DNA of 64,000 bases from assembly GCF_003018255.1 (NCBI RefSeq), contig NZ_CP027440.1; one strand, given 5' to 3'. The translations under genes were made by a program, and so were the position numbers. The notes below the pieces were generated by a model that was not told the origin of the DNA, did no database searches, and saw only the letters and a program-made list of their open reading frames with translations. Source of the DNA: Escherichia coli. Its GTDB lineage: Bacteria; Pseudomonadota; Gammaproteobacteria; Enterobacterales; Enterobacteriaceae. Positions 1 through 17,143 of this stretch are shown here, one piece after another; within the stretch, counting starts at the first letter, position 1, and every line of letters begins with the position of its first letter.

Positions 1-528
1 ATTTTTGGGGTTCTCAACAACATCAAGAACGGTCGGCAGCAGGCCAACGCCATCTTTCAGTTTGATCAAGCCCACTTTTTGCAGCAGCAGCAGTGAACGA
101 CCAAGGTTAGTTGGGTCGTTTGGCACGGCAACCTGCGAACCATCCTGCAGTTCATCCAGTGATTTGATTTTCTTGGAGTAACCTGCAATCGGATAAACAA
201 AAGTGTTGCCTACTGCGACCAGTTTGTAGCCACGATCTTTCAGTTGCTGATCAAGGTACGGTTTATGCTGGAAGGCGTTGGCGTCGATATCGCCTTTGCT
301 CAATGCTTCGTTTGGCAGAACATAGTCGTTGAATGTTACCAGCTCAACGTCCAGGCCATATTTGTCTTTCGCAACTTTCTGCGCGACTTCTGCAACCTGC
401 TGTTCGGCACCAACAATCACGCCGACTTTAATGTGGTTTGGATCTTTTTCATCCTGACCGCAGCCTACCAGTGCCAGTGATCCAATCAGGGCTCCCACTG
501 CCGCAAAGGTTTTGAATTTGAACGCCAT
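1..528 (-). CDS. metQ: D-methionine ABC transporter substrate-binding lipoprotein MetQ; N-terminal part only, gene runs off the window edge
   Basis: Minus-strand translation from ATG at 526-528 reads MAFKFKTFAAVGALIGSLALVGC (signal peptide with lipobox); sits upstream of metI-metN as in the metNIQ operon. Confidence 0.85.
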   Translation of the reverse strand, partial: MAFKFKTFAAVGALIGSLALVGCGQDEKDPNHIKVGVIVGAEQQVAEVAQKVAKDKYGLDVELVTFNDYVLPNEALSKGDIDANAFQHKPYLDQQLKDRGYKLVAVGNTFVYPIAGYSKKIKSLDELQDGSQVAVPNDPTNLGRSLLLLQKVGLIKLKDGVGLLPTVLDVVENPKN

Positions 529-567
529 ACCTTATTCCTTCTTCAATTATTTATGTTGTGTTGAACG

Positions 568-1221
568 TTACTTGCGAGTGACAGCCCGGACGATGCGGTC
601 GCCTGCGAACTGAATTAAATAAACCAGAATGACCAGCAATACCAGTACCGTATTCATCACCGTCGCGTTGTAGCCGATGTAGCCATACTGATAGCCAATC
701 TGACCTAAACCACCGGCACCGACTGCACCACCCATCGCGGAATAACCGACCAGGGTAATCAGGGTGATAGTTGCCGCATTTACCAGACCCGGCAACGCTT
801 CCGGTAACAGCACTTTACGGACGATCTGCATTGGCGTGGCACCCATTGCGCGGGAAGCTTCAATTAACCCGGTTGGGATCTCCAGCAGAGCGTTCTCGAC
901 CATACGGGCAATAAACGGTGCTGCACCAACGGTTAACGGAACAATCGCTGCCTGCAAACCAATCGATGTACCAACAATAACGCGGGTAAACGGAATCATC
1001 CATACCAGCAAGATAATGAACGGGATGGAACGGAAAATGTTCACAATCGCAGAAACGGTACGATACAGCTTCGCGTTAGCAATAATTTGCCCCGGACGCG
1101 TGACATAAAGCAGGACGCCAACCGGCAGACCAATCACAAATCCAAAAAAACCGGATACGAAGGTCATTGCCAGCGTTTCCCATACGCCACGAACCAGCAG
1201 CCACATCATCGGCTCAGACAT
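568..1221 (-). CDS. metI: D-methionine ABC transporter permease MetI
   Basis: 217-aa ORF, polytopic membrane protein; 8-nt overlap with metN. Confidence 0.9.
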   Translation of the reverse strand: MSEPMMWLLVRGVWETLAMTFVSGFFGFVIGLPVGVLLYVTRPGQIIANAKLYRTVSAIVNIFRSIPFIILLVWMIPFTRVIVGTSIGLQAAIVPLTVGAAPFIARMVENALLEIPTGLIEASRAMGATPMQIVRKVLLPEALPGLVNAATITLITLVGYSAMGGAVGAGGLGQIGYQYGYIGYNATVMNTVLVLLVILVYLIQFAGDRIVRAVTRK

Positions 1222-2245
1222 AACCCAGTACCTCTACTTTTACATGGTGTTCCTGCAGCCAGGTAATGGCGGCTTGCGTATCTTGTTGTGTGCCGTGCAT
1301 TTCAGTCAGCATGATGCCGAACTTAACGCCACCGGCGTAATCCATCTGCGCGCTAATAATGTTGTTGTTGACGTTGAAACGACGCGCGGTTTCAGAAAGC
1401 AGTGGGGCATCGACCGATTGACCGGTAAACTCCAGACGCAACATCGGCACGCAGTCAGTGAATGGCTCCGCTTGCAGACGTTCCTGGTAATCTTCCGGGA
1501 TATCCAGATGCAGGGTCGACTGAATAAACTTCTGCGCCAGCGGCGTTTTCGGATGCGAGAACACTTCACTTACCGTGTCCTGCTCGATCAGTTCGCCATT
1601 GCTGATGACCGCCACGCAATCACAAATACGCTTCACAACGTCCATTTCGTGGGTGATCAACAGAATCGTCAAACCCAGACGGCGGTTGATGTCTTTCAGC
1701 AGTTCGAGAATAGAACGTGTCGTTGCCGGATCCAGCGCGCTGGTGGCCTCATCACACAGCAATACTTTGGGATTGCTGGCTAACGCACGGGCAATCGCCA
1801 CACGCTGTTTCTGCCCACCGGAAAGATTCGACGGGTAGCTATCATGCTTATCGCCAAGACCAACCAATGACAGCAATTCCGTCACGCGACGTTTGATCTC
1901 ATCTTTCGGTGTGTTGTCCAGCTCCAGCGGCAGAGCCACGTTGCCAAAAACAGTACGCGAAGAGAGCAGGTTAAAATGCTGGAAAATCATACCAATCTGG
2001 CGGCGAGCTTTGGTCAACTCGGATTCTGACAGCGTGGTCAGTTCCTGGCCATCGACCAGCACGCTACCCTCGGTTGGGCGCTCCAGCAGGTTTACACAAC
2101 GTATAAGCGTACTCTTACCCGCGCCAGAGGCACCGATAACGCCATAAATTTGTCCAGCTGGCACATGCAGGCTGACGTTGTTCAACGCCTGGATGGTGCG
2201 GGTGCCCTGGTGGAACACTTTGGTGATATTCGAAAGTTTTATCAT
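1214..2245 (-). CDS. metN: D-methionine ABC transporter ATP-binding protein MetN
   Basis: 343-aa ORF with Walker [13 protein letters not shown] signature LSGGQKQR and a C-terminal regulatory domain. Confidence 0.92.
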   Translation of the reverse strand: MIKLSNITKVFHQGTRTIQALNNVSLHVPAGQIYGVIGASGAGKSTLIRCVNLLERPTEGSVLVDGQELTTLSESELTKARRQIGMIFQHFNLLSSRTVFGNVALPLELDNTPKDEIKRRVTELLSLVGLGDKHDSYPSNLSGGQKQRVAIARALASNPKVLLCDEATSALDPATTRSILELLKDINRRLGLTILLITHEMDVVKRICDCVAVISNGELIEQDTVSEVFSHPKTPLAQKFIQSTLHLDIPEDYQERLQAEPFTDCVPMLRLEFTGQSVDAPLLSETARRFNVNNNIISAQMDYAGGVKFGIMLTEMHGTQQDTQAAITWLQEHHVKVEVLGYV

Positions 2246-2432
2246 TGATTATTTATTATCGTCATTAAGTTAGTCGTGGCATTTCGAATGCCTGGAACGG
2301 GCAACGCCTTCAATGAAATGGATGTTAAGGCATCCAGACGTCTAAATCAATCAGGTTTATGCGAAGAGCACTTTCTTGCTGGTCGAAACATGCGATACTA
2401 GCGTCACATGCCTTATTAAGGAGCTATAAAAG

Positions 2433-3005
2433 GTGGCGAAGAGCGTACCCGCAATTTTTCTTGACCGTGATGGCACCATTAATGTCGATCACGGCTATGT
2501 CCATGAGATCGACAACTTTGAATTTATCGACGGTGTTATTGACGCCATGCGCGAGCTAAAAAAAATGGGCTTTGCGCTGGTGGTAGTAACCAACCAGTCT
2601 GGCATTGCTCGCGGTAAATTTACTGAAGCACAGTTTGAAACGCTGACCGAGTGGATGGACTGGTCGCTGGCGGACCGCGATGTCGATCTGGATGGTATCT
2701 ATTATTGCCCGCATCATCCGCAGGGTAGTGTTGAAGAGTTTCGCCAGGTCTGCGACTGCCGCAAACCACATCCGGGGATGCTTTTGTCAGCACGCGATTA
2801 TTTGCATATTGATATGGCCGCTTCTTATATGGTGGGCGATAAATTAGAAGATATGCAGGCAGCAGCTGCGGCGAACGTGGGAACAAAAGTGCTGGTGCGT
2901 ACGGGTAAACCTGTTACGCCTGAAGCAGAAAACGCGGCGGATTGGGTGTTAAATAGCCTGGCAGACCTGCCGCAAGCGATAAAAAAGCAGCAAAAACCGG
3001 CGTAA
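2433..3005 (+). CDS. gmhB: D-glycero-D-manno-heptose 1,7-bisphosphate phosphatase (HAD family)
   Basis: 190-aa ORF starting [17 protein letters not shown] (HAD motif I DxDGT); conserved position upstream of the rRNA operon. Confidence 0.85.
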   Translation: MAKSVPAIFLDRDGTINVDHGYVHEIDNFEFIDGVIDAMRELKKMGFALVVVTNQSGIARGKFTEAQFETLTEWMDWSLADRDVDLDGIYYCPHHPQGSVEEFRQVCDCRKPHPGMLLSARDYLHIDMAASYMVGDKLEDMQAAAAANVGTKVLVRTGKPVTPEAENAADWVLNSLADLPQAIKKQQKPA

Positions 3006-3048
3006 TGATTAAAAGATGAGCGGTTGAAATAAAAATGCATTTTTCCGC

Positions 3049-3076
3049 TTGTCTTCCTGAGCCGACTCCCTATAAT
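3049..3076 (+). promoter_or_regulatory. rRNA operon P1 promoter (-35 TTGTCT, -10 TATAAT) with AT-rich UP/Fis region upstream
   Basis: ttgtct-16 bp-tataatgcgcc, the classic rrn P1 architecture, about 300 bp upstream of 16S. Confidence 0.6.
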
Positions 3077-3158
3077 GCGCCTCCATCGACACGGCGGATG
3101 TGAATCGCTTCACACAAACAGCCGGTTCGGTTAAAGAGAAAAATCCTGAAATTCAGGG

Positions 3159-3186
3159 TTGACTCTGAAAGAGGAAAGCGTAATAT
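3159..3186 (+). promoter_or_regulatory. rRNA operon P2 promoter (-35 TTGACT, -10 TAATAT)
   Basis: ttgactctgaaagaggaaagcgtaatat about 110 bp downstream of P1. Confidence 0.5.
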
Positions 3187-3226
3187 ACGCCACCTCGCGA
3201 CAGTGAGCTGAAAGCCGCGTCGCAAC

Positions 3227-3239
3227 TGCTCTTTAACAA
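3227..3239 (+). promoter_or_regulatory. boxA antitermination element of the rRNA leader
   Basis: tgctctttaacaa matches the rrn leader boxA consensus. Confidence 0.6.
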
Positions 3240-3370
3240 TTTATCAGACAATCTGTGTGGGCACTCGAAGATACGGATTCTTAACGTCGCAAGACGAAAA
3301 ATGAATACCAAGTCTCAAGAGTGAACACGTAATTCATTACGAAGTTTAATTCTTTGAGCATCAAACTTTT

Positions 3371-4912
<1,542 letters not shown>

Positions 4913-4980
4913 CCTTAAAGAAGCGTACTTTGCAGTGCTCACACAGATTGTCTGATGAAAATGAGCAGTAAAACCTCTAC

Positions 4981-5057
<77 letters not shown>

Positions 5058-5099
5058 AATTTGCACGGCAAATTTGAAGAGGTTTTAACTACATGTTAT

Positions 5100-5175
5100 G
5101 GGGCTATAGCTCAGCTGGGAGAGCGCCTGCTTTGCACGCAGGAGGTCTGCGGTTCGATCCCGCATAGCTCCACCA
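5100..5175 (+). tRNA. alaV: tRNA-Ala (anticodon TGC)
   Basis: GGGGCTATAGCTCAGCTGGGAGAGCGCCTGCTTTGCACGCAGGAGG...CTCCACCA in the spacer. Confidence 0.95.
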
Positions 5176-5350
5176 TCTCTGTAGTGATTAAATAAAAAAT
5201 ACTTCAGAGTGTACCTGCAAAGGTTCACTGCGAAGTTTTGCTCTTTAAAAATCTGGATCAAGCTGAAAATTGAAACACTGAACAACGAAAGTTGTTCGTG
5301 AGTCTCTCAAATTTTCGCAACTCTGAAGTGAAACATCTTCGGGTTGTGAG

Positions 5351-8253
<2,903 letters not shown>

Positions 8254-8346
8254 ACAACGCCGAAGATGTTTTGGCGGATGAGAGAAGATTTTCAGCCTGA
8301 TACAGATTAAATTAACCGGCGACAAGCGGGTTAATAAAACAGAATT

Positions 8347-8466
8347 TGCCTGGCGGCCTTAGCGCGGTGGTCCCACCTGACCCCATGCCGAACTCAGAAG
8401 TGAAACGCCGTAGCGCCGATGGTAGTGTGGGGTCTCCCCATGCGAGAGTAGGGAACTGCCAGGCAT
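8347..8466 (+). rRNA. rrfH: 5S ribosomal RNA
   Basis: TGCCTGGCGGCCTTAGCGCGGTGGTCCCACCTGACCCCATGCCGAACTCAGAAGTGAAACGCC...GCCAGGCAT; 120 nt. Confidence 0.95.
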
Positions 8467-8518
8467 CAAATTTAGCAGTAAGCCGGTCATAAAACCGGTG
8501 GTTGTAAAAGAATTCGGT

Positions 8519-8595
8519 GGAGCGGTAGTTCAGTCGGTTAGAATACCTGCCTGTCACGCAGGGGGTCGCGGGTTCGAGTCCCGTCCGTTCCGCCA
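8519..8595 (+). tRNA. aspU: tRNA-Asp (anticodon GTC), distal tRNA of the rRNA operon
   Basis: GGAGCGGTAGTTCAGTCGGTTAGAATACCTGCCTGTCACGCAGGGGGTCGCGGGTTCGAGTCCCGTCCGTTCCGCCA. Confidence 0.95.
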
Positions 8596-8606
8596 CTTAT
8601 TAAGAA

Positions 8607-8635
8607 GCCTCGAGTTAACGCTCGAGGTTTTTTTC
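8607..8635 (+). terminator. Rho-independent terminator of the rRNA operon
   Basis: cctcgag-ttaacg-ctcgagg hairpin followed by a T7 run. Confidence 0.6.
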
Positions 8636-8756
8636 GTCTGTATTTCTATTATTGCCAGAATCGCAAAAATCCTCTGCGTTTTACGCTCTTTTTCCGCAAC
8701 AGTCTGAAGCCCATAATCACCTCAGTTAACGAAAATAGCATTAAAAGAGGCATATT

Positions 8757-9560
8757 ATGGCTATCCCTGCATTTGGTTTAGGTACTTTCCGTCTGAAAGA
8801 CGACGTTGTTATTTCATCTGTGAAAACGGCGCTTGAACTTGGTTATCGCGCAATTGATACCGCACAAATCTATGATAACGAAGCCGCAGTAGGTCAGGCG
8901 ATTGCAGAAAGTGGCGTGCCACGTCATGAACTCTACATCACCACTAAAATCTGGATTGAAAATCTCAGCAAAGACAAATTGATCCCGAGTCTGAAAGAGA
9001 GCCTGCAAAAATTGCGTACCGATTATGTTGATCTGACGCTAATCCACTGGCCGTCACCAAACGATGAAGTCTCTGTTGAAGAGTTTATGCAGGCGCTGCT
9101 GGAAGCCAAAAAACAAGGGCTGACGCGTGAGATCGGTATTTCCAACTTCACGATCCCATTGATGGAAAAGGCGATTGCTGCTGTTGGCGCTGAAAACATC
9201 GCTACTAACCAGATTGAACTCTCTCCTTATCTGCAAAACCGTAAAGTGGTCGCCTGGGCTAAACAGCACGGCATCCATATTACTTCCTATATGACGCTGG
9301 CGTATGGTAAGGCCCTGAAAGATGAGGTTATTGCTCGTATCGCAGCTAAACACAATGCGACTCCGGCACAAGTGATTCTGGCGTGGGCTATGGGGGAAGG
9401 TTACTCCGTAATTCCTTCTTCTACTAAACGTAAAAACCTGGAAAGTAATCTTAAGGCACAAAATTTACAGCTTGATGCCGAAGATAAAAAAGCGATCGCC
9501 GCACTGGATTGCAACGACCGCCTGGTTAGCCCGGAAGGTCTGGCTCCTGAATGGGATTAA
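8757..9560 (+). CDS. dkgB: Aldo-keto reductase (2,5-diketo-D-gluconate reductase B type)
   Basis: 267-aa ORF with AKR motifs ([15 protein letters not shown]); conserved position after the rRNA operon. Confidence 0.85.
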   Translation: MAIPAFGLGTFRLKDDVVISSVKTALELGYRAIDTAQIYDNEAAVGQAIAESGVPRHELYITTKIWIENLSKDKLIPSLKESLQKLRTDYVDLTLIHWPSPNDEVSVEEFMQALLEAKKQGLTREIGISNFTIPLMEKAIAAVGAENIATNQIELSPYLQNRKVVAWAKQHGIHITSYMTLAYGKALKDEVIARIAAKHNATPAQVILAWAMGEGYSVIPSSTKRKNLESNLKAQNLQLDAEDKKAIAALDCNDRLVSPEGLAPEWD

Positions 9561-10471
9561 GCCTCTCTGACAGCTCCTCCGGGAGCTGTTTTTACATGCT
9601 CGCTAAGGAAATCGATAAAAGCCCGGATGCGCGTACTTACCGCACGGTCGCTGTAATATACGGCACTGAATGGCATTTCCACTGGCAATACTTTATCTGC
9701 CATTAACTCCACCAATTCTCCGCGAGCGATTTCTCTGTCGATCATGTAGTCGGACAAACACGCAATCCCGTTGCCACTCAGGCAAAGCTGTTTCAGTGTT
9801 TCCCCACTATTGGATGACAAACCGTACTTCACCTCATGTAATTGTCCATCACTACAGGCTATCGGCCAGGTATTGAGGGAAGCGGGTTCAGTAAATCCCA
9901 GGCAAACATGTTGCTTTAAATCGTCGATCGTTTCTGGCTTCCCGTAGCGGGAAATATAATCGGGGGAGGCGATAATTTTTCGATAACTGTTAAATAACGG
10001 CCTGGCACGTAAGCTGGAATCCGTTAACGTACCAGCGCGTATCGCGACATCCACTTTTCTTTCGATCAAATTAATAATCGTTTCGGAGGAGACTAGCGAT
10101 AAAGTGACTTCCGGATAGCGTTCACGAAAAGGCTTAATCAACGGCATCAGAAAGTGCAGCACCACTGGAGTTGCGGCATCGATCCGTAACAGTCCACGCG
10201 GTGTATTACGCGTCTCCATAATTTCTGATTCTGCCGCTGCCATCTCCTGCAAAATTGACTGTACGCGACGAAAATAACGCTCGCCTTCTTCCGTCAGGCT
10301 AAGTTGCCGCGTGGTCCGATTAAGCAGGCTAACGCCAAGTTTCATCTCCAGCTTTTTCACCGCCCGGCTTACCGCTGAGTTTGCTTGCCCTAATTGTTCC
10401 GCTGCCCGGCTAAAGCTGCCGCTTTCGACGACTGAAACAAAAATGGCGAGTTCTTCCGACGTGGCTTTCAT
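9557..10471 (-). CDS. yafC: LysR-family transcriptional regulator
   Basis: 304-aa ORF with N-terminal helix-turn-helix ([23 protein letters not shown]); 4-nt overlap with dkgB. Confidence 0.8.
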   Translation of the reverse strand: MKATSEELAIFVSVVESGSFSRAAEQLGQANSAVSRAVKKLEMKLGVSLLNRTTRQLSLTEEGERYFRRVQSILQEMAAAESEIMETRNTPRGLLRIDAATPVVLHFLMPLIKPFRERYPEVTLSLVSSETIINLIERKVDVAIRAGTLTDSSLRARPLFNSYRKIIASPDYISRYGKPETIDDLKQHVCLGFTEPASLNTWPIACSDGQLHEVKYGLSSNSGETLKQLCLSGNGIACLSDYMIDREIARGELVELMADKVLPVEMPFSAVYYSDRAVSTRIRAFIDFLSEHVKTAPGGAVREA

Positions 10472-10660
10472 TTTTGCTCCTGTTGCAAAATAGAAGAGAT
10501 ATTTTGAATTTAATTGTCATTAAACCATCAGGATGCGAGATATGTCATCCGATTTAATGTTCTCAATAATGAGCAAATTTCTGACCGGTGTAAGCACTTG
10601 CTTACATAGCAATATACAATTGCTCGTTGAAAGAGTGAGCTAAAATCCCTATAACAGTAG

Positions 10661-11512
<852 letters not shown>

Positions 11513-11588
11513 GGTATGTCAGGTCTGCCACAGGGCAGACCAACGTTTGGCGCTGCCCTTTTTAATCAAACAATAAAAGGACAGCGCA

Positions 11589-12359
11589 ATGACAACACAA
11601 TCCCACCATGACCACGTAGAAAAGCAGTTTAGCTCGCAGGCCAGTGAGTATTTAACCAGTACCGTACATGCATCCGGGCGAGATTTACAGCGCCTGGCGG
11701 TGCGTCTGGCTGATTATCCTGATGCAAGTGTACTTGATATGGGCTGCGGAGCAGGGCATGCCAGCTTTGTCGCTGCGCAGAACGTGAGCGCGGTGGTGGC
11801 GTATGACTTATCTGCCCAAATGCTGGATGTCGTGGCACAAGCTGCCGAAGCCCGGCACCTGAAAAATATCGCCACCCGCCAGGGATATGCCGAAAGTCTG
11901 CCATTTGCCGATAACGCATTTGATATTGTTATCAGCCGTTATTCTGCCCATCACTGGCATGATGTTGGTGCAGCACTGCGAGAAGTGAATAGGATATTGA
12001 AACCTGGCGGTAGGCTGATTGTGATGGACGTAATGTCTCCGGGTCACCCAGTGCGCGACGTCTGGTTACAGACGGTAGAAGCATTACGCGATACCTCTCA
12101 CGTACGAAACTACGCCAGCGGTGAGTGGTTGACGTTAATCAATGAAGCCAATCTGATAGTTGATAATTTAATTACAGATAAGTTACCGCTGGAATTTTCT
12201 TCATGGGTCGCGAGAATGCGTACGCCAGAAGCGTTAGTAGACGCTATTCGCATTTACCAACAGAGCGCATCGACAGAGGTGAAAACGTATTTTGCCTTGC
12301 AGAATGATGGCTCTTTCACCAGTGATATCATCATGGTAGAAGCACATAAAGCGGCATAA
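11589..12359 (+). CDS. yafE: SAM-dependent methyltransferase
   Basis: 256-aa ORF with SAM-binding motif VLDMGCGAGH. Confidence 0.75.
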   Translation: MTTQSHHDHVEKQFSSQASEYLTSTVHASGRDLQRLAVRLADYPDASVLDMGCGAGHASFVAAQNVSAVVAYDLSAQMLDVVAQAAEARHLKNIATRQGYAESLPFADNAFDIVISRYSAHHWHDVGAALREVNRILKPGGRLIVMDVMSPGHPVRDVWLQTVEALRDTSHVRNYASGEWLTLINEANLIVDNLITDKLPLEFSSWVARMRTPEALVDAIRIYQQSASTEVKTYFALQNDGSFTSDIIMVEAHKAA

Positions 12360-12405
12360 ATAAAAAAGGCACCGGGGGAATCGGTGCCTTTTATTATCTG
12401 GTTTG

Positions 12406-13764
12406 TCAGGAATCTGGCATGTTGTTGTTTTTCACAAACAACGTCAGCTTATCGCCTGGTTGCAGATTCGCAGTGTCGCTGTTCCAGCGCATTACATCTT
12501 TGATGTTCACGCCGTGGCGTTTAGCAATGCTTGAAAGCGAATCGCCTTTGCGCACACGATACGTAATGCTATCGCTGTTGTTTGCCAGTCGCTGTGCGCT
12601 ACTGCCTGCACCAATCGTCAAACTTTGGCCTGGCTTCAGCTTAGATCCGCGCAGTTTGTTCCACTGCTGCAAATCTTTGGTGCTTACGCCGAGACGTGAA
12701 GCGATACTTGAAAGCGTGTCGCCAGAGCGTACGGTGTAAACACGGCTGTTAAGCGGCGTATTGTCGGCAACCAGCGTCGACTGTACAGCAGCAATTTCGC
12801 CTGAAGCCAGAGATTCACGCAGTTGATCTGCATGCTTCTTTGGCACCATCACGTACTGCGGACCACTTGCGCCCAGCGTGGAGCCTTTCACGCCTGCGTT
12901 GAATGTCTTCAGCTTGCTGACGGAAATCCCCGCCATATCTGCAACCTTCGCCATTTCAACCGGGCTGCTCAGGTGCACACGTGCCAGAGCACGGCTTTCA
13001 TCGGTCGTTGGCAGACGTACGCCATAACGCTTGCTGTTTTTGAGAATATCACTCAATGCCAGCATCTTAGGCACGTACTGCTTCGTTTCCTGCGGCAACG
13101 GTAACGACCAGAAGTCCGTGGATTTCCCACGCGCTTTGTTCGTTTTAATTGCCTTCATGACTCGACCTTCGCCGCTGTTATAAGCAGCTACGGTCAGAAG
13201 CCAGTCGCCGTCAAACATTTTGTTCAGACGCTGCATCATGTTCAGCGCGGCAGTTGTTGAAGCAACAACATCGCGACGCGCGTCATAATTGCGGGTCTGT
13301 TTCAAACCATAATTGCGCCCCGTGCTCGGAATGATCTGCCAGATGCCTGCGGCATTGGCGCCAGACGTTGCGTGAGGATCAAAAGCGCTCTCCACTATGG
13401 GTAGTAGTACCAGTTCCATAGGCATGTTACGTTTTTTAACTTGCCCGGCTATCCAGTACATATACGGCTCTGCCCGTAAAGTTACATCGTGGAGATAGCT
13501 CTTATTGCGTAAATATTTCTGTTTCTGTTCGCGAATCCGGTCATTTTCCGGAATTCCCATCTTTAGCTCGTCGCCAATGAAAGCCCACAAGTCACCATCT
13601 GGCGCGATAGACGTCCCATCGTCCATCCATCGTGCCTGACTTGTAAACTTTGCTGCTTCCCCTTGACCAGCTGCAGAAAGGCTCTGTGCGTGCTGTTGAA
13701 CGTTGCCGGTACTCTGGCAACCCACGAGCAGGACAGAGGCGAGTAATATCGCTTTTGCCTTCAT
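12406..13764 (-). CDS. mltD: Membrane-bound lytic murein transglycosylase D (lipoprotein, SLT domain plus C-terminal LysM repeats)
   Basis: 452-aa ORF with lipobox LVGC, SLT motifs (ESAFDP, GIWQI, AAYNSGEG) and two LysM-like repeats (YTVRSGDTLSSIA, YRVRKGDSLSSIA). Confidence 0.9.
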   Translation of the reverse strand: MKAKAILLASVLLVGCQSTGNVQQHAQSLSAAGQGEAAKFTSQARWMDDGTSIAPDGDLWAFIGDELKMGIPENDRIREQKQKYLRNKSYLHDVTLRAEPYMYWIAGQVKKRNMPMELVLLPIVESAFDPHATSGANAAGIWQIIPSTGRNYGLKQTRNYDARRDVVASTTAALNMMQRLNKMFDGDWLLTVAAYNSGEGRVMKAIKTNKARGKSTDFWSLPLPQETKQYVPKMLALSDILKNSKRYGVRLPTTDESRALARVHLSSPVEMAKVADMAGISVSKLKTFNAGVKGSTLGASGPQYVMVPKKHADQLRESLASGEIAAVQSTLVADNTPLNSRVYTVRSGDTLSSIASRLGVSTKDLQQWNKLRGSKLKPGQSLTIGAGSSAQRLANNSDSITYRVRKGDSLSSIAKRHGVNIKDVMRWNSDTANLQPGDKLTLFVKNNNMPDS

Positions 13765-13835
13765 GTGTGTGTCAATAGTTGCTTAAAAGACGACCGATCA
13801 TAACGGCGAACGGAGCCGATGACAAGAAAGTTTTA

Positions 13836-14594
<759 letters not shown>

Positions 14595-14624
14595 TTACCT
14601 CTCAGTGTGAAACGGAAGGTTGTG

Positions 14625-15347
14625 ATGAAACCGGCAAGAGTCCCTCAAACTGTCGTGGCTCCTGATTGCTGGGGCGATTTGCCCTGGGGAGAGCTTTATC
14701 GCAAGGCGCTGGAGCGCCAGCTCAACCCGTGGTTCACTAAAATGTATGGTTTTCATCTGCTTAAGATTGGCAATTTAAGCGCAGAAATCAATTGCGAAGC
14801 GTGCGCGGTTTCTCATCAAGTGAATGTTTCTGCGCAAGGACTGCCCGTCCAGGTGCAGGCGGACCCACTTCATCTTCCTTTTGCCGATAAATCCGTTGAT
14901 GTTTGTCTACTGGCACATACATTGCCGTGGTGCACCGATCCGCATCGTTTATTGCGTGAAGCCGATCGGGTATTGATTGATGATGGCTGGCTGGTGATTA
15001 GTGGCTTCAATCCCATCAGTTTAATGGGATTACGCAAACTTGTGCCGGTATTGCGCAAAACCTCGCCCTATAACAGCCGGATGTTTACTCTGATGCGGCA
15101 GCTGGACTGGCTCTCTTTGTTGAATTTTGAAGTGCTACACGCCAGCCGTTTCCACGTTCTCCCGTGGAACAAACACGGAGGAAAACTATTGAATGCGCAT
15201 ATTCCTGCGCTTGGTTGCTTACAACTTATTGTTGCCCGGAAACGGACCATTCCTTTAACGCTAAATCCGATGAAACAGAGTAAAAACAAGCCACGAATTC
15301 GCCAGGCGGTTGGAGCCACCCGGCAATGTCGTAAACCACAGGCTTAA
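14625..15347 (+). CDS. yafS: Putative SAM-dependent methyltransferase
   Basis: ORF 14607-15347; start moved to ATG 14625 (MKPARVPQ...); conserved position between gloB and rnhA. Confidence 0.7.
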
Positions 15348-15811
15348 ACTTCGACTTGATAGCCCGTATCTTCCAGTGTGGGATTCATCGCTGCGGCACG
15401 AGCCAGTTCATCGCAACGTTCGTTTTCCGGGTGTCCGGCATGGCCTTTAACCCATTCCCATTTGATTTGATGCTGCCCCAGCGCAGCATCAAGACGTTGC
15501 CAGAGATCGACATTTTTTACTGGTTTTTTGTCTGCTGTTTTCCAGCCACGTTTTTTCCAGTTATGGATCCACTGGGTGATACCCTGGCGGACATACTGGC
15601 TGTCGGTACTCAAAATGACTTCGCAATGTTCTTTTAACGCCTCCAGCGCGACAATAGCGGCCATCAACTCCATACGGTTGTTGGTGGTGCGGGTGTAGCC
15701 TGCGCTAAAGGTTTTCTCGCGTCCGCGATAGCGTAAAATAGCGCCGTAACCCCCAGGTCCAGGATTACCCAGACACGAACCATCGGTGAAAATTTCTACC
15801 TGTTTAAGCAT
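15344..15811 (-). CDS. rnhA: Ribonuclease HI
   Basis: [23 protein letters not shown]...; 155 aa after trimming the ORF-finder N-terminal extension to ATG 15811. Confidence 0.92.
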
Positions 15812-15875
15812 CTCTGGTAGACTTCCTGTAATTGAATCGAACTGTAAAACGACAAGTCTGACATAAATGACCGCT

Positions 15876-16607
15876 ATGAGCACTGCAATTACACGCCAGA
15901 TCGTTCTCGATACCGAAACTACCGGTATGAACCAGATTGGTGCGCACTATGAAGGCCACAAGATCATTGAGATTGGTGCCGTTGAAGTGGTGAACCGTCG
16001 CCTGACGGGCAATAACTTCCATGTTTATCTCAAACCCGATCGGCTGGTGGATCCGGAAGCCTTTGGCGTACATGGTATTGCCGATGAATTTTTGCTCGAT
16101 AAGCCCACGTTTGCAGAGGTAGCCGATGAGTTCATGGACTATATCCGCGGCGCGGAGCTGGTGATCCATAACGCAGCGTTCGATATCGGCTTTATGGACT
16201 ACGAGTTTTCGTTGCTTAAGCGCGATATTCCGAAGACCAATACCTTCTGTAAGGTCACCGATAGCCTTGCGGTGGCGAGGAAAATGTTTCCCGGTAAGCG
16301 CAACAGCCTCGATGCGTTATGTGCCCGCTACGAAATAGATAACAGTAAACGAACGCTGCACGGGGCATTACTCGATGCCCAGATCCTTGCGGAAGTTTAT
16401 CTGGCGATGACTGGTGGGCAAACGTCGATGGCTTTTGCGATGGAAGGAGAGACACAACAGCAACAAGATGAAACAACAATTCAGCGCATTGTGCGTCAGG
16501 CAAGTAAGTTACGCGTTGTTTTTGCGACAGATGAAGAGCTTGCAGCACATGAAGCCCGTCTCGATCTGGTGCAGAAGAAGGGGGGAAGCTGCCTCTGGCG
16601 GGCATAA
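15876..16607 (+). CDS. dnaQ: DNA polymerase III epsilon subunit (3'-5' proofreading exonuclease)
   Basis: [20 protein letters not shown]...; exonuclease motifs present; divergent from rnhA. Confidence 0.92.
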
Positions 16608-16739
16608 ATACCTGTAAAAGGCGCTAAAAATAGCGACTTGGGCGATTTTTGCAGCAAACGATTCAAAAGATGAGAAAAACCGTTGACGAAGGGTGAGGCA
16701 ATCCGTAATATTCGCCTCGTTCCCAACGGAACAAAACGC

Positions 16740-16816
16740 GGAGCGGTAGTTCAGTCGGTTAGAATACCTGCCTGTCACGCAGGGGGTCGCGGGTTCGAGT
16801 CCCGTCCGTTCCGCCA
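16740..16816 (+). tRNA. aspV: tRNA-Asp (anticodon GTC); left boundary of the accessory island
   Basis: Sequence identical to the tRNA-Asp at 8519-8595. Confidence 0.95.
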
Positions 16817-16845
16817 AATTCACTCATGAAAATGAGTTCAGAGAA

Positions 16846-16877
16846 CCGCAAAAATTTTTATTTTTGCGGTTTTTTTG
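16846..16877 (+). terminator. Rho-independent terminator after the tRNA-Asp gene
   Basis: ccgcaaaaatttttatttttgcgg hairpin followed by a T-run. Confidence 0.5.
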
Positions 16878-17143
16878 TATTTGAATCCCGCCATTTCTCT
16901 GTTCAATGATTTTACTCTGGCGTAAGTGCGTAACTCTCGCTTGTTGTCTCATTTATTAAAATTCAATAATGATATCGAACCATTCAACTTAAATATATTT
17001 TTAGAGGATAATTTTATATTGATTAAATGAATGTATATTTCATGTTGATTTTGTTTGTTATTATTTAAGTGGGGTATATAATTAGAGTCCGTTATCAGTG
17101 CTAAATATTCTAATCATTATGACAGGCGAGGGAGTGTCCGATT

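Noticed and set aside
244-480. 78-aa plus-strand ORF at the window start
   Set aside because: It is antisense to the metQ coding region, which is well supported on the minus strand.
8498-8707. 69-aa ORF overlapping tRNA-Asp, and the similar 104-aa ORF at 16509-16823 overlapping aspV
   Set aside because: Both overlap tRNA genes and terminator hairpins and have no coding signal.
15812-15883. N-terminal extensions proposed by the ORF finder for rnhA (179 aa), and likewise for fadE (840 aa), gmhA (203 aa), yafJ (260 aa), rayT (212 aa), tssA (492 aa) and vasL-like (479 aa)
   Set aside because: Internal start codons give products of the expected family length, with plausible ribosome-binding sites and without overlapping the upstream gene; the extensions begin at alternative or spurious starts.
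16817-17143. Possible integrase gene or att site at the aspV tRNA, as expected for a tRNA-associated genomic island
   Set aside because: No integrase-like ORF anywhere in the island and no direct repeat of the tRNA 3' end at the distal boundary; the island is bounded instead by IS copies.
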